Shown piece after piece: positions 10,294 to 20,368 of a stretch of DNA of 64,000 bases. Origin of the DNA: Gammaproteobacteria bacterium (lineage in GTDB: Bacteria > Pseudomonadota > Gammaproteobacteria > G965277405); assembly GCA_965277405.1 (NCBI GenBank), contig OZ255726.1, positions 426,280 to 490,279 of the forward strand. The letters run 5' to 3'. The first letter of the stretch is position 1, and the number at the start of each line of letters is the position of its first letter. Below the pieces are notes generated by a model that was given only the letters and a program-made list of their open reading frames with translations, did no database searches and was not told the origin of the DNA. The position numbers were made by a program, and so were the translations under genes.

Positions 10294-11204
10294 TGTATTG
10301 ATGTTAAATTAACAAACAATTCTTCAAGCTGCCCACTGGTTGGGGTAATGCTGGCAACTTGTATTTGATTTCTTGATAACTGGTAAAATAGCGTATTCAA
10401 CGAATAATCTCTTGATGTTGTTACATGGAGCGTTGTCTCATCAAGATAGCGAACTTGTACATTGCGCAATGCTGGAGCCTGTTGCATTTGGGTGATTGTA
10501 ACAATTTTATACGTTTGTCTATCAACCGTTGTTAACAACTTCTTCATCGAGGTATCCACAATAATTTCACCAGCTTTGATAATCGCGATATTGCGGCACA
10601 GCCGCTCCGCTTCTTCTAAATAATGTGTTGTCAAAATTATTGTTGTGCCTGATGCGTTTAATTCTTCCAAGAAATTCCACACTGAGCGTCGAATTTCTAC
10701 GTCCACGCCTGCAGTTGGTTCGTCAAGGATCAAAATTTTGGGTTGATGGACGAGCGCACGCGCAATCATCAAGCGGCGTTTCATCCCTCCGGATAACTCT
10801 CCTACTACATCGTTGCGTTTGTCCCAAAGTTCCAACTGTTGCAAATAATGTTTTGCATTTGCCTGCGCTTCTTGCAGCGTTAATCCATAATATCCACCTT
10901 GCTGCACAACAACTCTAGCCGTTTTTTCAAAAACATTCAGGTTAATTTCTTGCGGGACAAAGCCGATAAGGCGCTTCGCTGCCCATGGAGCAGCATGCAA
11001 ATCATGACCGAATACCTCGACACGCCCAGAGGTAATATTCACCAACGTGGCAACGATGCCAATTGTTGTCGACTTCCCTGCGCCATTTTTGCCAAGCAAT
11101 GCAAAAAAGTCACCTTCTTTAATTTCGAGGTTAATGCCTTTTAATGCATGGACACGGTTGTTATAGGTTTTGTGTAAGTCGTATAACCGCAACGCGTTAA
11201 TCAT
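10290..11204 (-). CDS. ABC transporter ATP-binding protein (ABC-2 partner)
   Basis: Walker A GKNGAGKST, signature LSGGMKRR, Walker B ILILDEP. Confidence 0.85.
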   Translation of the reverse strand: MINALRLYDLHKTYNNRVHALKGINLEIKEGDFFALLGKNGAGKSTTIGIVATLVNITSGRVEVFGHDLHAAPWAAKRLIGFVPQEINLNVFEKTARVVVQQGGYYGLTLQEAQANAKHYLQQLELWDKRNDVVGELSGGMKRRLMIARALVHQPKILILDEPTAGVDVEIRRSVWNFLEELNASGTTIILTTHYLEEAERLCRNIAIIKAGEIIVDTSMKKLLTTVDRQTYKIVTITQMQQAPALRNVQVRYLDETTLHVTTSRDYSLNTLFYQLSRNQIQVASITPTSGQLEELFVNLTSIQ

Positions 11205-11902
11205 GGATTTGCTTCCTTGTGTTGCGTATAAATATCTTGTATTTGCCGCATATACGCAGCGTGTTGCTGCATTTCTTGTTGATTCGGCTGAATGACCTGT
11301 AGCGTGCGTTGATTGTTAGGAATGCTGTCAAATTTATTATCCACAGTACTGCTACTTGGATTGAGCAGCAACTCCTGTTGTTCACCTGTCAACGCCAAAT
11401 ATACTTTCGCCAGCATCTGCGTATCAATAAGCGCACCGTGATGTTGGTCACGGAGGTTTACCATTCCTAGCTTTTTTACCACCGCGTCAAGATTAACAGC
11501 GCCTGTAAATTTTTGCTTCGCAAATATCATGGTATCGATGACACCATTGCAACACTTTTCGATCTGCTGGTATGATTCCCCCGCGTTATTTAATCGCTGT
11601 ATCTCGCTGTTGAGCATTGCCAAATCAAATGGCGCATTATGGGCGACAATATCAGCATCCTTAATGAACGTAAGAAATTCTTCGATTACATCAGCAAAGA
11701 TTGGTTTATTGTGTAGAAAATCATCACTAATACCATGGACATGAAATGACCCAGGGCTAACAGGCACAGCTGGCTTTACATAGGTATGCCAAAACTTCCC
11801 GGTGATTTTTCTATTCCAAATTTCTACCGCTGCTATTTCAATAACTTGTTCGGTTTTAGGATTCAGACCAGTCGTTTCAGTATCAAAACATACAAGACGC
11901 AT
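11201..11902 (-). CDS. dnaQ: DNA polymerase III epsilon subunit (3'-5' exonuclease)
   Basis: Exo motifs FDTETTGL, HNAPFD, HGALIDTQMLAKVY. Confidence 0.8.
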   Translation of the reverse strand: MRLVCFDTETTGLNPKTEQVIEIAAVEIWNRKITGKFWHTYVKPAVPVSPGSFHVHGISDDFLHNKPIFADVIEEFLTFIKDADIVAHNAPFDLAMLNSEIQRLNNAGESYQQIEKCCNGVIDTMIFAKQKFTGAVNLDAVVKKLGMVNLRDQHHGALIDTQMLAKVYLALTGEQQELLLNPSSSTVDNKFDSIPNNQRTLQVIQPNQQEMQQHAAYMRQIQDIYTQHKEANP

Positions 11903-11922
11903 TTAAGAACCTCAGAAGAAAC

Positions 11923-12948
11923 TTAGGACGGCCCAACCGACCGGCTGTAGGCAATGTAGTTTTCCATTGCCGCTTTTGCCGCACCGCTTGCCATGGTTTC
12001 GATTGCCAGCGCAACGCCATCTGCAATTGAAGCTGCGCGTCCTGCAACAAATAACGCTGCCCCAGCATTCAGTGCCAAAGTTGTACGTGCCGCCTGATGG
12101 GTCCCCATATAGCCGCCGTGAATCAAGCGTAATGATTCATCAGAATTAGCAACGCGAATAGCGCTGATTGCAAATTGCGGCAAGCCATATTCACGAGGAT
12201 CAATTACCATTGGGGTCGCCTTGCCATCTGCAATATACATGGCGTCAGTAGGCATATTGGAGCTTATCTCATCCATTCCATCTTGCGAGTGTACCACTAA
12301 TGCCCGATGAAACTTAAGGTCAATCAGTGCTTGCGCATATGGTTCCAGCCAATGTTTGCTAAACACGCCAAGCAAGGTGTTTTTTGCACCAACTGGATTC
12401 AGCAAGGGTCCAAGTAAATTAAATATCGTGCGGATTCCAAGCGCCTGGCGCATTTTCAAAAAATTTTTCATCATCGGGTGGTGATTTGGCGCAAAGAGGA
12501 AACCAAAACCGTTGCAGTCAATGCTGCGGGCAACATCAGCGTGACTCATTTGCATATTTACGCCAGCGTGGCGCAATAAGTCAGCAGCACCACTTGAACT
12601 CGATATTGCCCCAGCACCATGCTTTGCGACCTTGGCTCCTGCCGCGGCAGCGATAAATGCAGACCCGATAGAAACATTGAAGGTGCAGTTGCCATCGCCA
12701 CCAGTGCCAACAATGTCAAGCAGCTGCGCTGCAGGAATGTTTGGCAGTACTGCTTTTGCATGATGTCGCATATGCGTTGCTGCTGCATGCAATTCACTTG
12801 CTGTTTCGCCTTTGCAGCGCAGTGCCACAAGAAACCCTGCAGCTTGCATATCATTCCAAGTACCATCCAACATCGCTGCAAACGACGCGTCCACCTCTGC
12901 TGTGGCAAGATCATGCCCTTCAATGATTTTTTCAAGCGTGGATATCAT
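11923..12948 (-). CDS. trpD: Anthranilate phosphoribosyltransferase
   Basis: 341 aa; DIVGTGGDG, KHGAGAISSSSGAADLL motifs. Confidence 0.85.
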   Translation of the reverse strand: MISTLEKIIEGHDLATAEVDASFAAMLDGTWNDMQAAGFLVALRCKGETASELHAAATHMRHHAKAVLPNIPAAQLLDIVGTGGDGNCTFNVSIGSAFIAAAAGAKVAKHGAGAISSSSGAADLLRHAGVNMQMSHADVARSIDCNGFGFLFAPNHHPMMKNFLKMRQALGIRTIFNLLGPLLNPVGAKNTLLGVFSKHWLEPYAQALIDLKFHRALVVHSQDGMDEISSNMPTDAMYIADGKATPMVIDPREYGLPQFAISAIRVANSDESLRLIHGGYMGTHQAARTTLALNAGAALFVAGRAASIADGVALAIETMASGAAKAAMENYIAYSRSVGPS

Positions 12949-12952
12949 AGTT

Positions 12953-14254
12953 TTATTGCTGTTTGAGGATATTCAAACCCACCAAAAGATTAAATGCCTC
13001 TTGTACTTGATAGTCTTCTTTGAGCAAATCATTGATAGTTTTTTTCTGAGACGAAGTTGCTAAATTCGTCGCAGCTTGTTCGTCACTGACAGCGTTACCA
13101 TTATCCAAATGCCCCGCCAAATCAGCTTCTTTAAAAGTTAAGCCTTGGTGTATTTTTTCAATTTTTGCTAAATCGACTTGTATATCAGGTGTGATGCCTT
13201 TCGCTTGAATAGATATTCCATTGGGAGTGTAGTACAACGCTGTGGTTAATTTTATGGCAGCTTGTTGGGCAGGCAATGAAATGACAGACTGCACAGAGCC
13301 TTTGCCAAATGTTTGTGTCCCCATAATCACAGCACGTTTATGGTCAAGCAATGCTCCTGCTACAATCTCAGAAGCAGATGCACTCCCACCATTGACCAAG
13401 ACAACAAGCGGTATTCCATTTGTCAAATCATCACGTTGGCTATAAAAATCACGTTTTGAACTTGCAGTCCTTCCTTTGGTAAACACCACCATTTTATTTT
13501 TTTTAAGCATCGTGTCGCTGACTTTGATAGCCGCATCAAGTCTACCTCCTGGATTATTACGCAAATCCAAAACGAAGCCATTTAAATCACCAGCCTGGCG
13601 CAAGGCATTGATTGCATCTTGAAATTCATCATCAGTAGCAGCTTGAAAATTACTAATTCGAATGTAGCCGATGCTGCGGCCGAGTGCTTCGTAGCGCACA
13701 CTCTTCATTTTGATGATATCGCGAATGATTTTGAATTGCAGCGGTTGCGCCTCGCCTTCGCGAATAATAGTCAGCACAATTGGTGTTCCAGGTTTACCAC
13801 GCATCCGCTGTAGCGCTTGCTCTAATGTCATGCCTTGGACTTGATCTCCATCAAGCTCAACAATGAGATCATTTGACTGTATTCCCGCATGGAAGGCAGG
13901 CGTATCATCGATGGGTGATACCACCCGCACGACACCACTTTTATCCATAACAATATGAATCCCCAATCCACCAAACTGCCCTTGGGTGCGAATTTGCAAG
14001 TCATTGCTTTGCTGTTGATCCAAATATCCTGAGTGCGGGTCTAACCCACTTAGCATCCCACGAATCGCATGACCGAATAGTTGTTCATCAGTGACCTTGT
14101 CAACATAACTGGCGCGAATTGTTTCAAGAATCTCAACAAATTTACGCGTTTCTTCAATCGGCAGCTTATTGCTTCCTGCTGCAAACGTTGGTGAGCTTAA
14201 ACTCAAGAACAGCACGACACCTGCTGTAATACTTCGGTACGGTAATTTGTTCAT
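12953..14254 (-). CDS. S41 family C-terminal processing peptidase (Prc/CtpA-like)
   Basis: Signal peptide, PDZ region, S41 catalytic core (LVNGGSASASEIVAGAL...FGKGSVQ). Confidence 0.85.
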   Translation of the reverse strand: MNKLPYRSITAGVVLFLSLSSPTFAAGSNKLPIEETRKFVEILETIRASYVDKVTDEQLFGHAIRGMLSGLDPHSGYLDQQQSNDLQIRTQGQFGGLGIHIVMDKSGVVRVVSPIDDTPAFHAGIQSNDLIVELDGDQVQGMTLEQALQRMRGKPGTPIVLTIIREGEAQPLQFKIIRDIIKMKSVRYEALGRSIGYIRISNFQAATDDEFQDAINALRQAGDLNGFVLDLRNNPGGRLDAAIKVSDTMLKKNKMVVFTKGRTASSKRDFYSQRDDLTNGIPLVVLVNGGSASASEIVAGALLDHKRAVIMGTQTFGKGSVQSVISLPAQQAAIKLTTALYYTPNGISIQAKGITPDIQVDLAKIEKIHQGLTFKEADLAGHLDNGNAVSDEQAATNLATSSQKKTINDLLKEDYQVQEAFNLLVGLNILKQQ

Positions 14255-14372
14255 GGTGTAATAAATGGATTCATAATCAAGAAGAAAAAATCAACGCATT
14301 ATTATTGCTGTTCTTGCTTTACACGCGTTGCATCTTTCAATAGTGGAGGAATTATTCTAATGTTCAATGATC

Positions 14373-14855
14373 TTACTGCATAGGATGTTGCCAATCTATC
14401 ATCGTCAGCACGCCATTGCCAACTGAAGACGATAAAATCTGCACCCATTGCGCTGATAATTCATCATCAGTAACCTTAATCGTAATATCAAAGCTGGTTG
14501 CAGTAGCGTTTTCAATAGTCACGGCAACACTCGTATTAGCCACAACGCTGCTATTACATATTGCTTGCCAGAGTGTATTCGCATCGATACACCAGACCCC
14601 GTTCACTGCAACTTGCGTTTGAAATCTACGATGTATTGCATAGCGCATACTAGTGAAAATTTGCTCTATTTGCAGCCTGCGCGCAAAAATTGCTGCGGCC
14701 TGCTGTTCGTACTGCAACACTATCAATACTGTCGTCATCAACAATGCCTGCACCATCCCCAGCAGGATAACCGGCACAACAATAAACCCAGCTTGGCGTT
14801 GTCCTGCATGTGTAACTTTCATTGCGTTAGTATGATTGATGTTTTCATCAATCAT
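14373..14855 (-). CDS. Hypothetical protein with N-terminal membrane anchor
   Basis: 160 aa ORF with hydrophobic segment GFIVVPVILLGMVQALLMTTVLIVL; no family recognised by eye. Confidence 0.35.
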   Translation of the reverse strand: MIDENINHTNAMKVTHAGQRQAGFIVVPVILLGMVQALLMTTVLIVLQYEQQAAAIFARRLQIEQIFTSMRYAIHRRFQTQVAVNGVWCIDANTLWQAICNSSVVANTSVAVTIENATATSFDITIKVTDDELSAQWVQILSSSVGNGVLTMIDWQHPMQ

Positions 14856-14988
14856 CAGCAGTCCTCAGATTGCTTAGCAATCAATGCAAAGCGCATCTAT
14901 AAGCAAGCAAATTCGTTGAGTACAGCAAGTAGCGGTTACGCCATGATATGCATTAATCCAATTGTGATGACCGTTTGCAGATACATAG

Positions 14989-15272
14989 GGAAGCTCTGAT
15001 TAAGTCCATGATGGGCGAGACGGAGAAAAAACGCTGATGATAACTAGACGCAGTGGGCAGATAATACTGGTGGTATTATCAAGTACTGCAACGACGTTAG
15101 CGCAGCGTTTTTTCCCGTCCTTCTGTTGAATATACTTTGGGTTTGCTGCAGCGGTACTTGCTGTGTTGCATCCCTTGGCGTATATGCTACGGCATACGCC
15201 TGCGGAATGCGCCTTGCAATCATCAGCAATTGCAGGCAAACTCGCTCCATCAGCGAGTTAATCAGAGGTTCC
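14989..15272. mobile_element. MITE-like element (IS5-family derived), near-complete copy
   Basis: GGAAGCTCTGATTAAGTCC...GAGTTAATCAGAGGTTCC; reverse orientation relative to copy at 524. Confidence 0.7.
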
Positions 15273-15347
15273 ATCGTAGCTGTTATGTGCAAGACCGATA
15301 AAAACCAAGACCACACGAATGCGGCCTTAGTCAGGAGGATCGGTGTG

Positions 15348-16205
15348 CTATGCTGTTGCCATGGTGCGAATATTATTCATCGCCCGTTCTTCAATCTGAC
15401 GAACCCGCTCTGCAGAAATGTTATATTTGTCGGCCAAATCGTGCAGGGTTAGTTTTTCTTCATCAGTGCGCAACCACCGTTGCACAATAATATCACGGCT
15501 GCGGTCATCAAGTTGCGCGACTGCTGCATGCAGTTTTGTTTGCATGTGATTTTGCCAGTTGCTCTCTTCCATGTTTTGTGCAGGATCTTGAGATTGGTCT
15601 ATCAGATATACTTGCGCAGGGAAGTTAGTATCATCGTTATCATCTATCAATGGATCAACGGATGTATCGACTGATGTTAGCCGGTTTTCCATTTCGCGGA
15701 CGTCTTTTTCTGCAACACCCAAGTCGGATGCAATGCTGCTCACTTCGTCATTTGACAGCCAGCCCATGCCTTTTTTCTTACTGCGGAGGTTAAAGAATAA
15801 TTTTCGTTGTGCTTTGGTTGTGGCAATTTTCACCATCCGCCAGTTCTTTAGCACATATTCATGAATTTCAGCTTTGATCCAATGCACCGCAAACGAAACC
15901 AAACGCACGCCCATTGTTGGATTAAAACGTTTTACCGCTTTCATTAAACCAACATTACCTTCTTGCACTAAATCAGCCAGTGGCAGTCCATAACCGCCAT
16001 AGCTACGAGCAATATGCACGACAAAACGCAGGTGGGATAATATCAATTTGCGCGCAGAATCAACTGAATCGTTATGATAATAGTCATTGGCTATTTCTAG
16101 CTCTTGCTCTGGAGTTAAAATTTCAATATTACGAATTGTTTGCAAATACGCGTCAAATCCGCTAGCACTTACTGCTGGTAACGTGGTGGAATATGTGGTT
16201 GCCAT
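15348..16205 (-). CDS. rpoH: RNA polymerase sigma-32 (heat shock) factor
   Basis: 285 aa sigma-70 family with RpoH box QRKLFFNLR and region 2/4 motifs. Confidence 0.9.
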   Translation of the reverse strand: MATTYSTTLPAVSASGFDAYLQTIRNIEILTPEQELEIANDYYHNDSVDSARKLILSHLRFVVHIARSYGGYGLPLADLVQEGNVGLMKAVKRFNPTMGVRLVSFAVHWIKAEIHEYVLKNWRMVKIATTKAQRKLFFNLRSKKKGMGWLSNDEVSSIASDLGVAEKDVREMENRLTSVDTSVDPLIDDNDDTNFPAQVYLIDQSQDPAQNMEESNWQNHMQTKLHAAVAQLDDRSRDIIVQRWLRTDEEKLTLHDLADKYNISAERVRQIEERAMNNIRTMATA

Positions 16206-16369
16206 GTAAAACTCTCTGTCGTTGATGCTATAATTTATTTTTTTCAGTTGGTATGCCCGTACTGCAATCCAGCCTACACAATATACGTTTTGATATAAAT
16301 GATGAATTTGTTACAAGTTGTAAATGAATATTCATTATTTTTCAAGGGTAACACTATTTATCAGCCCTA

Positions 16370-16418
16370 GCGGACTCGCTGATTAAGTGGCTCCATCAGC
16401 GAGCTAGTCAGAGATTCC
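16370..16418. repeat. Palindromic mini-relic of MITE terminus in rpoH upstream region
   Basis: GGACTCGCTGATTAAGTGGCTCCATCAGCGAGCTAGTCAGAGATTCC followed by TTAG; resembles MITE end CTCCATCAGCGAGTTAATCAGAGCTTCC. Confidence 0.4.
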
Positions 16419-16478
16419 TTAGATATATAGTTTTTTTACAATTTTTTCAATAGTCCTGCATCGCATTTTAATAATTCA

Positions 16479-17066
16479 TCAATTGTTTGCTGTCGCAAGC
16501 CGTATAAAGTTTTCTAAAAGTGTATGCCCATGTTCAGAAAGAATTGATTCTGGATGAAACTGTACCCCATACATTGCCGCATCAATAACCCGCAACCCCA
16601 TAACTTCATCGCGGTTATTCTCCGCATCTAAACTCCACGCAGTGACGGCAATCGAGTCTGGGATATCTGTTACAACCAGCGAATGATACCTTCCCGCGAC
16701 AAATGGTGACGGAATATTTTCAAAGACATCACCGCCAAGATGTTCAATTGAAGATGCTTTACCGTGCATAATATGTTGTGCTTGGACTATCCGCGCGCCG
16801 TATGCTTGAGCAATAGCTTGCATTCCCAAGCAAACACCCAAAATGGGGATGCTGCTGCCAAGCTCGCGCACGACATCAAGGCAAATACCAGCATCATCTG
16901 GCCGGCCAGGCCCTGGAGAAATAACAATGCCTTGTGGTGCCATCTGCTGAATTTCAGTTATATTACACGCATCATTGCGCACTACCCGCGGTTCATGTCC
17001 AAGTTCTCCAAGATATTGCACAAGGTTGTAGGTAAAAGAGTCGTAGTTATCTATCATTAACAACAT
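16479..17066 (-). CDS. trpG: Anthranilate synthase component II / glutamine amidotransferase (TrpG/PabA type)
   Basis: 195 aa class I amidotransferase: GVCLGMQ catalytic Cys, FHPES. Confidence 0.8.
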   Translation of the reverse strand: MLLMIDNYDSFTYNLVQYLGELGHEPRVVRNDACNITEIQQMAPQGIVISPGPGRPDDAGICLDVVRELGSSIPILGVCLGMQAIAQAYGARIVQAQHIMHGKASSIEHLGGDVFENIPSPFVAGRYHSLVVTDIPDSIAVTAWSLDAENNRDEVMGLRVIDAAMYGVQFHPESILSEHGHTLLENFIRLATANN

Positions 17067-17142
17067 TATTATGAAACCTCTAACACAGCGAATTTGTTAC
17101 AAAATGGCGTGGGAATAACACAGCAACCGCGCTATCTCCTAA

Positions 17143-17423
17143 GGAACCTCTAATTAAGTCGCTGATGGAGCGAGTTTGATGGCAATTGCTGATGATTGCA
17201 AGGCGCATTCCGCAGGCGCATGCTGTAGCATATACGCCAAGGGATGCAACACAGCAAGTACCGCTACCATCAAACCCAAAGTATATTCAACAGAAGGACG
17301 GGAAAAACGCTGCGCTCACGTCGTTGCACTTGATAATACCACCAGTATTATCTGCGCACTGCGTCTAGTTATCATCAGCGTTTTTTCTCCGTCTCGCCCA
17401 TCATGGACTTAATCAGAGCTTCC
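17143..17423. mobile_element. MITE-like element (IS5-family derived), complete copy with CTAA flanks
   Basis: GGAACCTCTAATTAAGTC...GGACTTAATCAGAGCTTCC; CTAA at 17139-17142 and 17424-17427. Confidence 0.7.
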
Positions 17424-17427
17424 CTAA

Positions 17428-18636
17428 GGAAGCTCTGATTAAGTCCCAAACAACAGCAATATCAGCTACAAAGATATACAATGGTGAATCTATTTGAATA
17501 TTTGAATAAGCGGATAATCTTATGAAACAAACAACTTTTGCCAGTGCTGCATACGACCACAAGAAAGTAACAACAAAACGTGAAAAATTCTTGCAGTCGA
17601 TGGACAAATTAGCTCCATGGCAACGGTTGTTAGCGTTAATAGAACCGCATTATCCCAAGAAAGGGAATGGCCGCCCACCAATTAATATGCAGACCATGTT
17701 ACGCGTTTATTGTTTACAGCAATGGTACAACTTATCAGACCCAGGGGTAGAAGAAGCACTATATGACATGGAAAGCATGCGGCGTTTTGCCCATATAGAG
17801 CTGATAGACGATGCCATCCCTGATGAAACTACCATCTTGAACTTCCGCAGGATCATAGAAAAGCATCAACTCAGCGTCAAGATACTTGCTGTGGTGAATG
17901 AGTATTGTATGGAAAATAATATAACAATCTCACAAGGGTCGATGGTTGATGCCACGATCATCCATGCACCATCATCTACGAAGAATAAAGAGAAAGCCCG
18001 TGATCCTGAAATGCATCAAACAAGGAAAGGCAATCAGTGGTATTTTGGCATGAAGATTCATATAGGAACTGACGCTAATAGCAATATGATTCATAGCGCG
18101 ACAGTGACAGCCGCGAATGAAGCTGACATCAATGAACTCCCAAAATTGCTGCGTGAAACAGATAAGGTTATCTTTGCCGATGCAGGATATACGAGCGACA
18201 GTTATAAACGCGGCTCGCGTCATCTTGGGATAGATTGGCGTGTGAATGATAAACGCAAGCCAAAGCAGCAAATGAGCACCTCGCAGCGCAAACGCAATAG
18301 ACAGAACTCTAAGGTGCGCGCCCGGATTGAGCACTGTTTTCGGGTAATCAAATGTCAGTTTGGTTATAAGAAAGCTCGCTACAAAGGACTAGAAAAGAAC
18401 CGAGTACAAGTATTTTCTTTGCTTGCATTGACGAACTTATACATGCTTCGAGGACGACTAACAGGATAGAACCGCCAAAAATTCAAGAAAAACAGTAAAA
18501 AACAGTAAAAAACAGTAAAACAGCAACACGAAGATCAGCGAAATGATCAAATATTGACCATTGAAAATTATTGCTATTATTTTTTTGGAGTATATGCGAG
18601 TTATTGGAGTATATGAGCGTCTTAATCAGAGCTTCC
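17428..18636 (+). mobile_element. IS5-family insertion sequence (1209 bp) with perfect 16-bp TIRs and 4-bp CTAA flanks
   Basis: Left end GGAAGCTCTGATTAAG at 17428; right end CTTAATCAGAGCTTCC ending 18636; CTAA at 17424-17427 and 18637-18640; single transposase ORF inside. Confidence 0.8.
17522..18469 (+). CDS. IS5-family DDE transposase
   Basis: 315 aa; close resemblance to IS5 transposase (DPEMHQTRKGNQWYFGMKIHIGTD, FADAGY, VRARIEHCFRVIKCQFGYKKARYKGL). Confidence 0.9.
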   Translation: MKQTTFASAAYDHKKVTTKREKFLQSMDKLAPWQRLLALIEPHYPKKGNGRPPINMQTMLRVYCLQQWYNLSDPGVEEALYDMESMRRFAHIELIDDAIPDETTILNFRRIIEKHQLSVKILAVVNEYCMENNITISQGSMVDATIIHAPSSTKNKEKARDPEMHQTRKGNQWYFGMKIHIGTDANSNMIHSATVTAANEADINELPKLLRETDKVIFADAGYTSDSYKRGSRHLGIDWRVNDKRKPKQQMSTSQRKRNRQNSKVRARIEHCFRVIKCQFGYKKARYKGLEKNRVQVFSLLALTNLYMLRGRLTG

Positions 18637-18695
18637 CTAAGGAACCTCTAACACATAATACTTGGCTGCATGGTAGCCGTAATCTATCGAAACAT

Positions 18696-19226
18696 ATGAG
18701 TAAAACACAACAAAAACGCGATATGCACGCCGTACAAGAACTTGGTGAGCAACTTTTGCAATTGCCGCAGCATTGGCAATCATTACTTGATGCTAAGGCA
18801 ATTGATAGCGCACTTGTCAGCCATTTTACTGAATTTAATCACATCCATGCCAAAGAAGCCCGCCGCCGTCATCTCCAATTTATTGGCAAAATACTCCGCA
18901 AGTATGACACAGACCTCATTCTTAAAACGCTATCTCAACTCGATATCAAACAAAAACGGCAAGCGGTCGGTCAGCATGAACTCCAAGAGTTGTGTGTATT
19001 ACTGCTAGCAAGCAACAATGCAGGCTTTGTCGCAGCAACCACTAAGTTTCCAAACATACCGCGGCAAACGCTGCAGCAACTACTGCGGCAATCCCCAAAA
19101 TATAATACAGGTCTACAGCCATGGGCATCACAGGCAAATAAATATCATCGGAAGCTCTGGCAATTGCTTGTCGTTGAAAATCGCCACAGCGTAGCAGCCG
19201 ACGAGCCAGCACAACTCGATGGCTAA
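18696..19226 (+). CDS. yjgA: Ribosome-associated protein YjgA (DUF615)
   Basis: ORF-track start 18561 lies inside the IS; start placed at first ATG outside the IS (18696, MSKTQQKRD); ARRRHLQFIGKILR resembles YjgA core. Confidence 0.65.
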   Translation: MSKTQQKRDMHAVQELGEQLLQLPQHWQSLLDAKAIDSALVSHFTEFNHIHAKEARRRHLQFIGKILRKYDTDLILKTLSQLDIKQKRQAVGQHELQELCVLLLASNNAGFVAATTKFPNIPRQTLQQLLRQSPKYNTGLQPWASQANKYHRKLWQLLVVENRHSVAADEPAQLDG

Positions 19227-19299
19227 CCATCCAGCATCGATGCGAATCACTGCATGATGGCGTTCTCTGCAAATTTATTGCGAAGCTGCAGACCCTTAG

Positions 19300-19584
19300 G
19301 GAAGCTCTGATTAAGTCGCTGATGGAGCGAGGTTGCCTGCAATTGCTGATGATTGCAAGGCGCAAACCGCTAAGCGCATGCCGTAGCATATACGCCAAGG
19401 GATGCAACACAGCAAGTACCGCTTGTAGGCAAACCATCATATATTCAATAGAAGGACGGGAAAAAACGCTGCGCTAACGTCGTTGCAGCACTTGATAATA
19501 CCACCAGTATTATCAAGTGCTGCGCCTAGTTATCATCAGTGTTTTTTCTCCGTCTCGCCCATCATGGACTTAATCAGAGCTTCC
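19300..19584. mobile_element. MITE-like element (IS5-family derived), complete copy with TTAG target duplication
   Basis: GGAAGCTCTGATTAAGTCGCTGATGGAGCGAG...GGACTTAATCAGAGCTTCC flanked by TTAG at 19296-19299 and 19585-19588. Confidence 0.75.
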
Positions 19585-19612
19585 TTAGACAATAGCGTAT
19601 TCAAACTCGCGG

Positions 19613-20368
19613 TTATTTTGCGGCTATATCAATCAATTCAACTTCGAATTTCAACAGTGAGTTAGCAGGAATTGAATTAGTGCCGCTTTCACCATAGCCA
19701 AGCTCAGGCGCAATATAAAAAGTAAATATGTCGCCAACACTCATCAACAACAAGCCTTCTTGCCATCCTTTAATAACGCCATTCAATGGAAACTGTGACG
19801 GCTCGTTGCGGTTACGTGAGCTGTCAAACTCAGTGCCATCAAGCAACGTCCCAACATAATGTACGGTTACAATACTATCATGCGTAGGTTCATTGGTGGC
19901 ATCACTTTTTTTGTCGATAATATATTGCAGACCAGAGTCTGTAGTTATTACACCAGCTTTCTTGCCATTTTCTGCAAGAAATGCACGCGCTGCTGCAAGA
20001 TTTTTTTCCGAATCAGCGGTTGTATTAGCTTGCTGTTGCTGCGCTTGCTCTTCTGTTCTCTTTTTTTCCATATAGATACGAACAGTCGTCTCTAATTCTG
20101 CAAGTGGTACAACTGGCTCTTTATTTTCTGTGGCGGAGGTTGCTCCTTGTAAAAAAACATCTTTGTCAATTTCTTTAAAGAAATCTATTACCTGCTTAGT
20201 TTGTAAATAACCAATGGCATAGCTCATTTGTTCTGAAGCTGACAATGCCGGGTAATCAATGGTTGTTTCTTTTGCTATAGATTGCTCTGTTGTTGCTTGC
20301 GATGCGGTATCACTACCATTACAAGCAGCAAGAAAGAGCGTAAATACTGTTAGCAATTTGCGATTCAT
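19613..20368 (-). CDS. FKBP-type peptidyl-prolyl cis-trans isomerase, Mip/FkpA-like lipoprotein
   Basis: Lipobox LFLAAC; C-terminal FKBP domain (VTVHYVGTLLDGTEFDSS..GWQEGLLLM..PELGYG). Confidence 0.8.
   Translation of the reverse strand: MNRKLLTVFTLFLAACNGSDTASQATTEQSIAKETTIDYPALSASEQMSYAIGYLQTKQVIDFFKEIDKDVFLQGATSATENKEPVVPLAELETTVRIYMEKKRTEEQAQQQQANTTADSEKNLAAARAFLAENGKKAGVITTDSGLQYIIDKKSDATNEPTHDSIVTVHYVGTLLDGTEFDSSRNRNEPSQFPLNGVIKGWQEGLLLMSVGDIFTFYIAPELGYGESGTNSIPANSLLKFEVELIDIAAK

Noticed and set aside
18470-18560. Short tandem repeats (aacagtaaaa x3; ggagtatatg x2) suggestive of CRISPR or VNTR
   Set aside because: Only 2-3 copies of 10 bp with no spacers; lie inside the 3' end of the IS5-family element; not a CRISPR array
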